64,000 bases of DNA. Source: Phoronis australis. Taxonomy: Eukaryota > Animalia > Phoronida. Under the pieces are notes generated by a model. The model worked only from the letters and a program-made list of their open reading frames with translations. It searched no databases and was not told the origin of the DNA. The stretch spans positions 103,390 through 167,389 of the forward strand of contig NMRA01000348.1 in the NCBI GenBank assembly GCA_002633005.1, given 5' to 3'. A program made the translations under genes and the position numbers. Below, piece by piece: positions 1 to 22,000 of this stretch (its first letter is position 1; each line of letters starts with the position of its first letter).

Positions 1-2866
1 CTTGGTCTATATAGAATTCTAGATGTCTTCATCAGGCCTGGGTAGAGTTCAGTAATGCTATGACCTTGCTAAAAAGAAAGACTGCGAGATTATGCGAGAC
101 TTTGACGTGTATTTTCAATGAGAGCACATGATTTTGGGTAGATTTTTCTAGCCGCGAGACAGCTATTGAACTCTGTCCTATTTTTCAAGGTGAATCAGAT
201 CTGCAGGTCCTGAGTCCCATTTAGACATTAATCTTTGGCACGGTGCAGCTGGCACGGAACAAGATGATCAGGCCTTTATGCAGCGTACGTCCTGGGCGTG
301 CAAATGGATGCCCATCCAAATGGACGCCCTAGCACTAATCTGGCTACCCTGGCAAGGACGACCAATGTATCATTTGGACGCCCACTGTCAGTCCAACCTT
401 TCAAGTTTGGACATACACTTTGTAATGATTACTAGGAAACCTAAAACCTAGGCACGTAGTTGAAAGGAGAAGTGAGCTCACAGTGCTGACTTTTCAAAGC
501 AATGTTGCCATGTTCAAACAGGTTGAAAGCATTGAGTATCCAACACCTTTCTAGATTTAGCACATCTTTGGTTGTCAGCTGCAGCTCTGGTGACTCATTT
601 TACAGATGATATAATAAACTTAATACAACTATTCGACTCTAGATCTCCAAAAACATAGTGCACTCTTCATTCATCCAATATCTCTAATATTTGTCTGGGT
701 AAGCTACCGGGCTGTTTTCTTAAAGTTAGATGTAAAGGTCTTGGTCTACACTGTTTTTTTAGTAAAGAAGCTCACTATAGAGGACTGTTTTGTAAACTTA
801 GATCCAAAAGCCTTGGTCTACGGCTTTTTTGTTAACCTTGTGTGTGTGTGGGGGGGATTGCTGGTGAACGGTCGTGGGGGTGGGGGTTACACCGTACACG
901 TCGTTGGAATCATGGATATCCTGGAATATTGGGAGCCCCATTATGGACACCCTATTTTCGAAATCCTGGATATAAAGCCCTGAAGATGATCGCTGTCAGG
1001 CTGCCGTATACAACTCAAAAATGGTGTCAAAGCAGAAGTTGTAGGCAGGATTGTGGAGTGCTCATGCGCAAAGATGCAAATTGTGGGAGTCACAGTTCAA
1101 TATTACTGTTGCTGTTATGGTGCTTCTAATTCCCCCAAGTGTATGTAATTCGTGACTTTGAGGTTGATTCAATAATTTAGTTGATCAGCTGATTAATGCT
1201 TTCATCAGTAGGACTACTCTACATAACTAAGCATTTGATTGTTAACTATGTATTCTGACAATTTTCCTACAAAATAAATATTATTCAGGGTTAAAGCTAA
1301 AAGACGTGGTTCTGAACAGCTGATTGGCAAATCGTAAAGTTGCTGCAAAGTTGATCGCCTGTGAATGAGAATTTGCAATGCCAAATCAAAAAAAATCTGT
1401 CAATGAAAAGGGCCACTTAAAAACTACTCTGTTGCCTGTTTCCCCTTTCTCCTACTCCCTTTTCAAAGGACATACAAGAAAAGACTAGGTCAGTAGGTTA
1501 ACTTTTGATGTCTTTTCTCAAATTGTGATGTACTATGTAAGACTCACAGTAAGGTATTGTTGGTGTTGGAAATAAGATATTGTGTGCAATGTGTTAATAT
1601 TTCTGCATACTGCCTACTTCTATTGTCAGCTGTGTTCATTGTCACCTGGTATTCCTTCATTTAGGCCAAATGCAACTACCACAGGTAGCTTTTGGTATGC
1701 AACATGTAGGCAATTAGTTTTCCAATGGGTACTACCTTATGGAGTATGTCTAAATATTTATCTACATGTAGGTCACTGTTTAAAGTAAATGAGCTGTTTA
1801 GTTAGAACATGTCTTATCAACAAGGAGCTTGGCTAGACAGTCTCCTCCAGGTAATGACAACATGTGTCACTGTTCATTTTCACTGTAAGTGTGTTCAAAT
1901 GGAAAGTCATTGTTCATCAGTGGCAAAAACTATCTAGCAGTTAAGGAAAAAAACATTTTGCTCAGCAACACAGTAGGCAAAGCATTGATGAAGTTAAAGG
2001 AGTATGCAAAATGTGTAGAGATGTTACTGTTTCTTTAAGACATGTATTTGATTTTGACGTTGCCTCGAATAGATTCTGTAGATGGCGCTGAACACCTGTT
2101 CATCAAAGACTTGATCGCCATCTGGTGGGATAGTGAATTTAGATGTAGCGCTGCTGTTTCAAAATTTTTGTTTTTAAAAGCAATTTCTAGTGGTGAACAA
2201 AAAACCCAACAGCATGTTGACAGGCGACAATGCTCCATTTTCACTGCTGGAAAACTGTTATTGGTTTTTTACAGCTCATGTCAACCTATAGTATAATTAT
2301 AGCCCATCATTGCATAGTACAGACCCACCCTTCAAGTGTCTGTGGTTTCTCCTGTTTGTAGTGTGGTGAGTGACTGTCAGAATCTGTCTCATTAACATGC
2401 CTTGTCTGCATGGACTGTCAGTGGCCTCATGGGGATAGTGGTAATTGCCTTATCAGCATCTCAAGTAGACTGCTAATTGTTGCTATTATTTGGATTAGAC
2501 AGGCTCCTTGTGTAAGTGTGGGACATTGGGTTTGGGATGGAGGGAGTCTTAGTTGAGCAATTCCTTGAAAGGTCAACCTAGAGGCAATAAAATTAAAATA
2601 GTGACTAGATTAACATTTCTGGTCTCATCTGAAAGCACAATCTCTCTAGTTTCAGGACCCATATTTGATTTCCTATAGCTTTCAATTTTTTTACTAAATG
2701 AACCCACTTTACCCTAAAAACGTAATCCCCATTTTTTGTGTATCGCTAATTATTAACATAAATAAGCTACTTATGGGTATTTCATTAAATCATCAAATTT
2801 GTGCAATCACATGAAGCCTAAATTTTCTTTTGACAAGTATCACATCGTTGACCTCTTGGGTTCAAA

Positions 2867-3389
2867 GGCGAACTCCTGGATAATGTGGTGTCGTACGTCC
2901 GTCACAAAAAAGTGCTAAAAAGTTCAGTTATCTGATCAGTTTTCAATCAAAATTAAAATAATTTCAGATTCTCTTTTAACTTGTTTCTCAATACCATTGA
3001 CCGGAATTTTAGATCCCAGTGATTACTTGTTTTGTCAGAAATCTAGTTGTCCGGCAAAATCTTCTAAGAAGATGTCACCAAAAAAACGTGTATGTTGTTC
3101 TTGTCAAACATTCCACTAAATCATCATATAAAACAAAACACTGTAACTTGATACAACTCACTGAAATTTATTGTTAACATTTTTTAAAAAAAATTCAAAT
3201 TCGCCGCGTATGTCCGTCACACCCCTTTCAAGGCAGATAAAAAATAGAAAATTTGATATCGTACATGCTTTGAAAGTTATCAATGAGACCTATCAATTGA
3301 TGTATTAATTATTTTCCTATGAGGAAAATTTGTTTCACGATTGATCGAAATATTCTCTGATTGTACATCCGTCACAAGTAGAATTGCCC
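2867..3389. mobile_element. Probable non-autonomous DNA transposon remnant
   Basis: GTAYRTCCGTCAC repeated near 2893, 3208 and 3363; right end GAATTGCCC; weak left terminus. Confidence 0.4.
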
Positions 3390-4662
3390 AGATAATTGTG
3401 TAGTGTTGGGAAAGATTAGTAATGCTTTCAGTTCTAGTCTTCAAATGCCCTGCGACATACCTTGCATGTTATCACAGATTTGTGCATCTAAACATCTGGA
3501 ATTTACAATACATCCAAGACATAGGTGAACAACCATTTGCTGCACCTATTCATTTCAAAAAGTCGATGTGTTCTTCAATTTGCCTCATTATGGAGTTTGT
3601 GCCAAGACTTTATTGGCATCAGAAAGTCAGATAGCAAAGTGATTTCATCACCATCGGTCGCTGTGTTTAACTGTGGGGCAAATGCCCTTCGCATGTGTGG
3701 CATTGTGGGTAAATATTGCAGAATTAGAGAGGGCGCTGCTTCGCTATTCCAGGAAGCAGCTATTGAAAAGGTGCTGCTTTTAAGCTAGCTATAAATGACG
3801 AGCGAATTGTGCCTTTTACTCTTTCAAAATTGGTCTGATTACATTCCTCAGTGTTACAGGATTCCGTTTCCGTTACCAACTAAAATCACAAGCAATGAAG
3901 CAAAATTCAGCTTTAAGCCGTGAGGCCTTGAAACGGGTTGGTTGACAAATTGTGATTTTAATAGGTGCATTTTCTTTCCATTACCGTACTCCAGGCTCAT
4001 GCATTTTTTCCATTGTTATATTCTCATTGGAAGATTATCTTGAAAACTAAGGGTACTCTAAGTTAATATGAAATTAATATGATTGTGTGTTACAAGTGTG
4101 TGACTTTGTAAGTGTGCTTATCATAAAATGCACTCAACCACCAACTGTTGTCAAAGATATTTTACACTTCCTTATTGGCCTTATGTCAATGAAATTTCCT
4201 TGTGTAATAGACATGGGAAGGTTACTGGAGGGTGTTACAACCTGACCTCTTAAGAGTTTCTGGTCATGAGATTCTTGATAAATTTCGAAGTCTGCACACG
4301 ATATGCCTTCTTTTTGTCCTAGTTCAGAGAATATAGCTGTGCCACTTCATACTAGCTGACACTTTTATTTGCTTCGCAAACATTAGAAATTTGCCTCTCT
4401 GCTCACTTATAAATGGGTTATACATAATTCAGTTGTGAATTGATACCATATATGAAGTCAACTGCTTAGAACATTTGTGCTGTCCTGTCTTCATCTTACC
4501 CCTCCATTTGCTTACTAGTAACAGTAGTTGTGAGTGAAATGAAGGACCAGGACTCAGTCATAATAGTGATTACCATACAGAACTTCTCCTTACCACTAGT
4601 TAGATCCTCAGGAATGTTTAGAAAATGTTAAATATGGCAGGTCACATAAGTGGTGATTTGCA

Positions 4663-4932
4663 GAGTTTATTTGTAGGGCCTGATACCACAGGCCAGGCAA
4701 AGTCAGCTGTGTGAGTTTATTTGTAGGGGTTGATGAGACAGGCCAGGCAAAGTAAGCTGTGTCAGTTTCTTTGTAGCCCTACAAATAAACTGGGTTTGAT
4801 GAGACAGGCCAGGCAAAGTAAGCCATGTGAGTTTATTCATAAGGGTTGATAAGACAGGCCAGGCAAAGTATGCTGCATGTGACTTTATTTATAGAGATTG
4901 GCGAGACACATCAGGAAACGTATGCTGTGAGA
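4663..4932. repeat. 50-bp minisatellite, 5 copies
   Basis: Unit GAGTTTATTTGTAGGG.TTGATGAGACAGGCCAGGCAAAGTAAGCTGTGT starting at 4663, 4713, 4763, 4829 and 4881. Confidence 0.9.
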
Positions 4933-5116
4933 GTACACTGCACTAGTCTGATGCACTGGTGATTTAGTAATGCGACATGTTTTTGTAAAACATGTCTACC
5001 TGAACTTCTTCTCCCTGTCCTGGTAACCTGACATAAGGTTGAGATGCTCTATCTTATCTGTTACAGCCCTGATCCAGCCCTGGACTGGCTTACAGAGATT
5101 GTGTCATCGTTGAAAG

Positions 5117-13134
<8,018 letters not shown>

Positions 13135-16100
13135 TATTCTACCGCTATCGTGTTGAACAAACTGGGTGATGCTATGTCGAGCGTATTCCACGAGGTTGTC
13201 TCTGGGTTTTTGCCCATCGTTTTGTAACGTTATTGTATGATATTTAAATTCTGTCATCTTAGTTGACTAGTGTATTTAGACATACCGCTGGCACGCCGTC
13301 GCCTCGTGTATTGTTCATTGCTAATCATGGATAGTGACAATTGTTCATATCATACGGTCCTATTGGGAACTGCTTTAATAGACAGAAGTATTCAGTTGTT
13401 ATGGCAACTTGAGTATGAAATTTAGCAAGTTTCAAAAAGTGACACACAGCTCCTAAGAGAACCGTTTTGCTCAATGGTAACCTGTCCTACTAACAATTAA
13501 TCTAGGGACCATGGCTGGAGAAATGGCTGACTGGAATTTAGCCAACGATGGCTATCTATGTGGTATTGGTGACTCTCGGTGTCATGGCTACGACAAATGT
13601 GCAATTTAATTTTCACACCTCCTGTATTTACTTTTATTGAATCTAATTTTGCACCGGGGTAGTATTCCGGGGACCAAGATACAGGCAAGGAGAAGGAGAT
13701 GACACTGACACGGCACAAAAACGTGAATGTTTTGTGTGTGCCCGACACTTAACTAGTGTTACGTACCAAAATGGTGGCCATGAAAGCTATTGGTCAGTGA
13801 GGTGAGAATGACGGGATAGTGGTTTTTAAATTATGGGATAGAATTTACGGTTTGTGTTCCATGAGTGAAGATTTTTCATTGCAAGTGTCTTGGGTCTAGG
13901 GAGCTCATCCCCGTTGTCACTCTTTGAGAAGTAGAACTTTCATATACAGCCAGGTGGTAGCAGGGGTCATCACCGGAAGTTGTTTCCCTCACCGCTCTCC
14001 ATTTTGCAAAAACGTTGTCCAATTTATTGCAGTGTGTTAATGTATAATTTCACCGTCAGTCTATTGAAATCGTGTACAGTATCTAACCATAAACATGGAA
14101 ACCTTTAGACATCCAGTCTGGGAGTGTTTGGAGCCAGTTGTAATCATGCTAGGTTGACAGTTGTTGATACGATTATGAAATGAAATCATGAGAAACCCAT
14201 TGATTTAACGCCAATCATGCAGTTCGAAAATATATTTCTTCATGGTTGCGTCATTTTCTGCTGGACATGACAATTTTTGTTTCTTTTGCCATTCATTTTT
14301 AAGGCAATGAGATTCTTTTGCTTCGTAATTCTCCATTTGTTGTGAGAAATGCACAGACAACAAAAGGGCACAGTCACGTGCAGGCACACATATTCACATT
14401 TCACTTAAAAGTGTGATGGGTATTGAGGACATCACCCGCACACGCTGTTATTCAACTTTTCTTCTGGATTTATTGTGGATATTGGAGGATAAGATAAAGT
14501 TGCAACTGACAGCAATATGTGCTTATTCACTGAAATGCTAATGTGTACTAGGGAATGGTGTTTTATGCCATACTCAAATTCATGAATCGGAAAAGTTACA
14601 TTTATGGTAAAAACTATGCTTCATGTGATGGCTATCAGTTCTGTAATTGTCAGACAAACAAGACTTTAATAGGTGAGAAAGCAGTCTTCTAGCTAGTTTC
14701 GAAAGGGGTGCCTGAGGCCTCATCAAAATTCTGTCCGTTGGGTGGATCTTTCGCTGACTTTGCCTCCCTAGTCTAGGTTCTGAAACGCATTTCGTGTCCA
14801 CATTCCACTGTATTTCTACATTTCATGTTTGGAGTGCCACATTTTCTTCTGATGACTGTCACCAACACAGTTGCGTCCTAATTGTTCTTCTCTTAGTGCG
14901 AGTCCAATCCATTTCCAGCTTTTGGTCTTAAAACAATTTGTGTTGCTCACTGGTATTGAAGTTCTTCAATTCAGGTCTGTTTGGAAACATTCGGAACCTG
15001 ATCCTTGCCCCTGGGTTTACTCACTGTTAATCAATGTAGCTGGTTCTAATGAACTAATTTTTGTTCACAAATGCAGGTATTCATAATTATTTACACGTTC
15101 AATGTATTACCCATTAAATGCGAATGTTTAACGTTCGAATTACTGATCTTGTCATGATGGAAGTATTGTTCAAGAATAACTAGCTTTGAATGAGCCATTG
15201 ATAGCGATTTTTTTTTAAAGTCACGTGACTTGCGGTGTAATACCAGCATGTTTTACCCATAACATATCAGGCAAACTGTGTTAATGATCAATGGAGCATT
15301 ACTTCTTCATTTGTGTTGAAACTTGCTGGATCATATTATTCTAACATGAAGAGAAGATTACATGTAAGTCTCATTGTCTGCTGCTGTCTTTGTTTCTTCA
15401 CGCATACACTGTAGGTCGAGGTCAAGATGTTAGCCATCTTGAACACTACTCGGGCATTCATGGCAATAAATGAGAGATACAGTACAGGACGAAAGCAATC
15501 GGACAGATTACTGTGCCCCCGTCACATGAGGGCTAATTTCATGCCTGAACTTTAAAACTGTTTGGTAATTAACTGTTATGGCTGCAAAACTCTTCAAGTG
15601 CAGAATGTTTACAATACTTGTTCATTCCCTTGATTGTTGGATGTGAGGGAAAGCTACACTGTACTGCGATGAATTTGATTTCCACACAGCTGTCGTGACG
15701 GGGAATTCTAGGTCATTTTTTCTGAACATTTTCGTCTTTTACTGCACATCCTACCAATGTTTATGTTCGTTGAATTGTGTATTTTGTACTATTATCAGGG
15801 TTAAGTAGCCGACTTGTTAACAGTTTAAAGTCCCTTGCAGTGCTAATTAAGCTGAACTAGCAAACTTCAAACTTTGCCATCAATCTAGTTTGTGTCGGTG
15901 AATCTCCACTGAAGCTGCGGCAATCAGTTATCAGCATTTGACCTATGGTGTTAAATGTAATGTGGAAAGGAAGTAACTTACTAACAGAACCAAGGATTCC
16001 ACCTCAAAGAGCGAAAGACAACATCACACAGGTGGTGCAGTGTGAGGCCAATTAAGAACAACGGTATTGTTGGCAAAATGAATCTATTGATCAAGTGGAT

Positions 16101-16552
16101 AGTACATAAATTGAATGTCAAGGTGTCTGCACATTCACAAGTTGGATGTTGTCATCGTTCCATTTTGCAAATCAATATCGTTCAGCATCCTCAAGTTTCA
16201 ATAATTTACGGTGAGCTTATGAGCCCTTCAGGAATTGACTATAGAATAGCTATATATCACTGAACTCAAACAGATTGGAATTGCTTTGCCACTGTTGTGT
16301 GCACTTCGGTTAGACCAAAGAAACAAAGTTGGCTCTGATCTTTACCCTGACTAGTTCTGAGACCAACAAGAAAAATTGTTTGCCTACATGAATTTCAGCT
16401 AAGGTATTTTTTTTCTTGAAACTCTGCACACAGGCACATAATCGAGGGTAAGGAAGGTTTGATCTACCATGATTTGTCAAGCAAAGAGTAAGAGTGACAC
16501 TCCATTTTTGCCCGTCTCTGCTTTATTCTTTTTTAGCAACTAAAACCACACA

Positions 16553-16612
16553 GCACCACCCATTGAATTTTCAAAAAAAAAAACACCCATTGAATTTTCA
16601 AAAAAAAACAAA
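16553..16612. repeat. Short direct duplication
   Basis: ACCCATTGAATTTTCAAAAAAAA twice in tandem. Confidence 0.8.
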
Positions 16613-19072
16613 ACAGATCCAATGTTTTTGGCTCCATACTAATTTCCTGACCGATATGTGGTATTGCTTTCCACAATGAAATTTGATAACAGGAAGAATA
16701 GAAAAGCAATCAGCAGTTGTTACCTTGGGTTTCTGTAACTTACGTTTTATACGTTAAGTTATATTAAGTCCCTTGTGGTTTCATACTCTAGAGGGTTATG
16801 GGATAACATTGTAAAAGTTAGAATGATATACAGTAGTTCTTGCATCCCGTTTTGTTGGACCTGCTGTTACTTTGCATTGTACTTTGGTCACACAGTGGTT
16901 AAAATTTAAAAAAAAATGAATGTGTCATGGAAGATTGGCTCATACACAAACTGATTGAGACTAAAGCGTCCGATTGTTGGCTTTTTGTGGAGATGGTCTT
17001 TTGCTGCGCGTGCTGTAGTGCAGGAAGATTTCCTGATTGGTTGGGTTTGTAGTTTTTGGCGTGTATGTCGGGTGAACTCCGTGTGCAGGACAAAGCAAAT
17101 TATGCTCGTTTGTACAATATGTGTTCCATCTCTTTAGCATTGTGAACTGGCTAACCACGGAAGTTGCCTCTAGTCATAACTTTCAGGTCTTAGCAACAAC
17201 TTTTCGTGGATGTTTGTCAACTTAAAAATTAACCAATTTTGTGCCACATTTCGAAGAGAATTCCCATAAATCCGCTGTGTGCACATCTGCTTTCAGAATT
17301 CTGTCAAAGATCAACTGTGTGTTCATGTAATGACATGTGCTAGGTAGTCTGCAATCATAGTTATTGGTGGCTGTGTGTATTAACTGATACATCCTCTCAC
17401 TAGACCTAACACGTAGTGCTGCTTGTCCATGAACAAATCAATGGCCAATTTTTTTCCTTATTACGGTTTCCATTTTACTTCCCAATCTCAATAAATAAGT
17501 TTGGGTAAATCTTTTTTACATCTGGGGCTGTTATACAGCTTGGTAGGTAGGGCCATTATTCTGTGTTGATTGCCTGTGATTGTCATCCATATTTTCTCAG
17601 GCTGGCCATCACTAGGCAGTGACATGTACGGCATTTTCCACCTAGTTGGTGGAGTCTGTTTGTGAACATTATTGTATATATTAATAAATTTGCAACATAT
17701 ATTGATTTGTAAATTAGCTCACATTGATCGTCAGCAATAAAATCTTGCTGGATGTAGATTCAAGGAGTTTTGTATTCATGTTCAGGACTGTGCATTTGGT
17801 CTGTATATTGCATATGTCATTTGTCAAGAAATTTTGTAGTAGATAACCAGTTCTTAAGGTACGTAGGACTTCACTGGCAAGGATGTGTAGTTAGTTAAAT
17901 ATCTTCAAAACAATTGATTTTAATTCAATAAAAGTATTATTTTCTGAACGTAGCGAGCTTGAAGGATTTGATTTTTTTACTTTGTACCAGTCATTCAGTG
18001 GGTGAGCATACCCGTTTTTTTATTTAAACTTGGCATAGTAGCAACTGGAGGTGCATTGCTAGCAAACAACTATCAATAACCATCAAATTTTATTCGATGA
18101 ACGTAAATATTCAAGATGAGATCTCAAAAATGCTGTAACAGTTTACTAAAATATTTTGTTTTCATTTTATGCAATGTTGGAGTTTTTTCGTGAAAATCAA
18201 GTCTTTTTTATTTGTAAAGGTGAGAGATTTATAAAACAATCCTATAGTCACTGAATTTGTGAAAGCAGCGAGCAACATTAAAGCCAGTTAGCTTCTTCAC
18301 AAATCCGCCACATCACTTGACCAGAGCGGGACTGCCAGGTACACAATCCAACACAATTGCATGAAAAGGCAGATTCATCTATTTAGAAAAGTTTAGGTGC
18401 AAGTAAAATTATCCTGAAGAATATTCTATATCAAAAACAATGAGTACAAAGATGGTAATGAAATTCAGTGCTGTGGCTCCTGCACCTAGTAGTCTATAGA
18501 AATGAAAAAGTAGGAATTGCTTATTCTTGCTGAAGAGTTACATGTAGTTAGTTTACCCCTTTGGCCAAAAATGGAGGTACGGGTCCTTGGGTCCCTCTCA
18601 TCCTGTATCCGCCTATGGTATGTAAGACTGGGGAGGTCAACTACGGGTCTGAGACATAGTTTCACCACAATGTTCTAAATGTCTCCTCTTGAACACAAAC
18701 TCCCTATTAAATCTTATAGGAAGACAAAACTAACAAAAAAGCTAGCAATATCCATCAAAATCCATCACTCATCATCAAAGAAATGGCCAAAATACAGAAG
18801 GAAATGAGATGGAATACAAGACATTCAAATCAGTTGAAAATTAGTCATTAACATTTACTTCATAAACATTACATTCTCACCATTATTCAGTGGCTCACAC
18901 TGATAACAATGCCATGGTTTGACCACAGAGTGAAATTTGAAATCTCCAGGTCTGAGTGAATGATCAGTTTTCATTGTCGAGTGTCGACATGTTTTAATAA
19001 CACATCGACTGTTGTCAGTTATACAGTAATTGCTTCACTGTCCTCAGGGTCACAATAACAATGATATTCCTT

Positions 19073-22000
19073 TTATATGCCAGAGTCTCCAAAAATGAGA
19101 TCCAGCGCAGCGTCGATGTTTCCTCCTGTCTGCTGTAGAGCGTTGCGAGCCACAGTTTCATTTTGTATCCCCATTCCAAGAAGAGTATGAACTTGCTGGT
19201 CAAAGGACTGGAATAGGACGGATGTTAGACATTAATTGGGTTCGTCATTGGAAGTTATAAAAAGGACAACAAAATATACCTCGTCCTTGTAACAGTCTAC
19301 AGAAAAATATTTTAGTCATTGTCAAAATTGATTATTACTATGGGGAGAGATCCTGAGCTCAAAGGGACGAAATCTTCAGAAAGCACTGGGCTTGGCTGAT
19401 GATTGCACTTGACTCTGGAGCACAACCACCTAGCTTTGTGTAATTCTTCCTCTATCAACTTCCGTTACGTGAGCACTTACTCTGTTTAAAAGGATTTCAC
19501 GATACAAAAAGACTTTCTGAAACTGATGCTGCTCCCCCTATGTTTCAAATGTGAGATTAGCCACAAGTTACGCAAACTGGCTGGGCAGATATTTGACAGT
19601 GCCAAACATTTGCAAGACGTCTTGAAACTGTTGTCTATCGATAACGAACAGTATTCCGCCCTAGTACTATAATCATTCCTTATAGGTTACTTTCCGAGAA
19701 TAGATCATACCTGTGCCGCCAATGCTGCTTGTTGTACTGCGTGCGACTGGAAAACCCGCCTCATTTGATCATTTGAAGTGGCTTGGTCACTCTTGAAAAT
19801 GCAAATTGTAAATGTACAAGTAGATTTCAAAAAATTTTCCTCCACATTAGTATGCCTTCAAGTTATGGCAAAAACAGAAATCAGATGAAAAATAACACTA
19901 AATCATTTGACAATTAGTCAGAAACTTTTTCTTGAAAATTTGGACGAGGAGGTTGCATATTTCTGGATATATTTTAGCAAGAACGACATAACTTCGCATG
20001 TCATACTTTTAATAATTATTCATTACCCGAGAGTTAAATCTGATTTCAGAGACAGGATCCAGTGCTCTGATAATTACACCAACCAATGCAGTGCACTTAC
20101 ACATAGTGTGAACACAACACAAGGACTTACCACAGATGCACCAGAACTGCCAGCAGAGGGCACCACTGGTGACCTGGAAACAGACGTGGCTGCTGCAGCT
20201 GCAGCCAAAGCAGCAGACAACTGAGATGCAGTTATGGTTGAAGGAGACTGCGGAGAGAAAAAATCAAATCCAATTGAAAAATATTCAAATTTCTGGTAAA
20301 ATCTCACAAATTTAGGACACAGTATGACGGAAAAGTGAAAAATTTTCATAAAACATAAATGGTGTCTAACTAAGCCTTAATTACTTTAAAGCTCTATATA
20401 TAATTAGATATCACCTGACAACGCTTTGGGAAATTGTAAGTATTCGTAGAAATGTTAAAAAGCCTTTGAAAATGAAACCAGCTTTTAAAACCCGTTGTTG
20501 CTGCATCATTTCTTAAAGTTAAACAGTCATTTTCTGATCGCCTTGTCGCTAGATGGCGATGATGTAGTTGGTGGACAGCGTTCCATAGACTTAAATGCAG
20601 GACATTTTCCAGTATTTTTACAAATTCTATATAACTATCGTGCCACCAGACTGCTGCCACTGCTGTGTGCTGGGATATCGGATGATTTCCACAAAACTGT
20701 CGAGCGTCATAAAATATCCGCGAATGTCAAACATCACATTTCGCCCTTGGCAACTCAGCCAGTCTTGCATACCAAAATTAGAAATTGGGTGAAATGAGAC
20801 ACTTTTGTGCTGTCACGCCTTTAAAAGAATGATACGTGCAGCGACTCACATTGCAGCACGCATGCCTAAATTCAAATCCGCACACAATAATAAAGTATAG
20901 TGTTAAACAGTATATGGATGTTTATGCTCTCCTGGTAACAAAAAATAAAAAGGTAGACTGTTATTAATCAGTAACACACGATCATTACATTGTTGGGAAT
21001 GCATTGCCTGCACACCAGTATCGGTAAAGGCATTTGACTCTCTTTTGTAACAGACTTCTGCAGATAGCTGTTTTTAAGACATTGCAGAGAAAAGTGGAAT
21101 CAGACGAGTTCCATCACAAAACCCGATATCTGTCAATCTTGAAACTTTTAGAATTTAACATTTACCACAGAAAAGTCGATCCGCTGAACAACACGAAACT
21201 TCAATTATGTTTTTAGTAAAACCTGATATATTCCAAAGTGAGGCATGTTCAAAACACGGCCGGCGTCTTTCCAAAATGTGGTATATGTCACCAATCATAT
21301 TGAAATTTTAAAACTACCAGACTACCTTGACCTCACCAGCCTAAACCTTGACCTGTTCAGGCAGCAATTTAACCTTATCAGGATTCTCTATGACCTCACC
21401 TGACCCTGCCGTGGTTGTCGTGCCCTGGATGGCATCGCCCCCAGTGTTTCCTCCTCCACATCCAACCCTGCCAGGCGACTGCTAGTGGCCTCTTTAGCCG
21501 CCATTTCCATGATCTGTTTCACAGCCTGAACAAGACCAGGATGTTGCTCAGCAGCTCTGCAGAAAGACGGCAGTATTTGACAAACACAAAAATTTACAAA
21601 ATAGCTTCCGTACCACAGCCGAACCTCATGACAATGAACCTCACGAAGCTTAACGAAGGTTTGAAAAAACTGAATCAATTTTTTAGAGAAAATAAAAACC
21701 ATATATTATTCCGTTTACTTGCTATTTTTTCATATTGAAGGCTGTTCAACAGCATGTCTGGCCGCGTGCAGCAAATCACATGTTTGTACGTCACACACTG
21801 TGCACTGCACAAATATGAAATCAAGGAGTGGGAACATGATCAATTTTTAGGTACTCATTCACTGCTTCACAGTAAAGTTGAAGCTTCCAACTGGTTCATC
21901 GAAATTGGTACGTTACGACCTTGCCAGCGTTGTAACTGTGTTTGGTTAGAACAAAGCGTAGAAAAAAGTTACGTTGCATTCGAGAAAAATGTCACTTCTG

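Noticed and set aside
741-3788. Short ORFs of 60-95 aa upstream of Csk
   Set aside because: No domain motifs, mostly non-ATG starts, and some overlap repeat remnants; consistent with chance ORFs.
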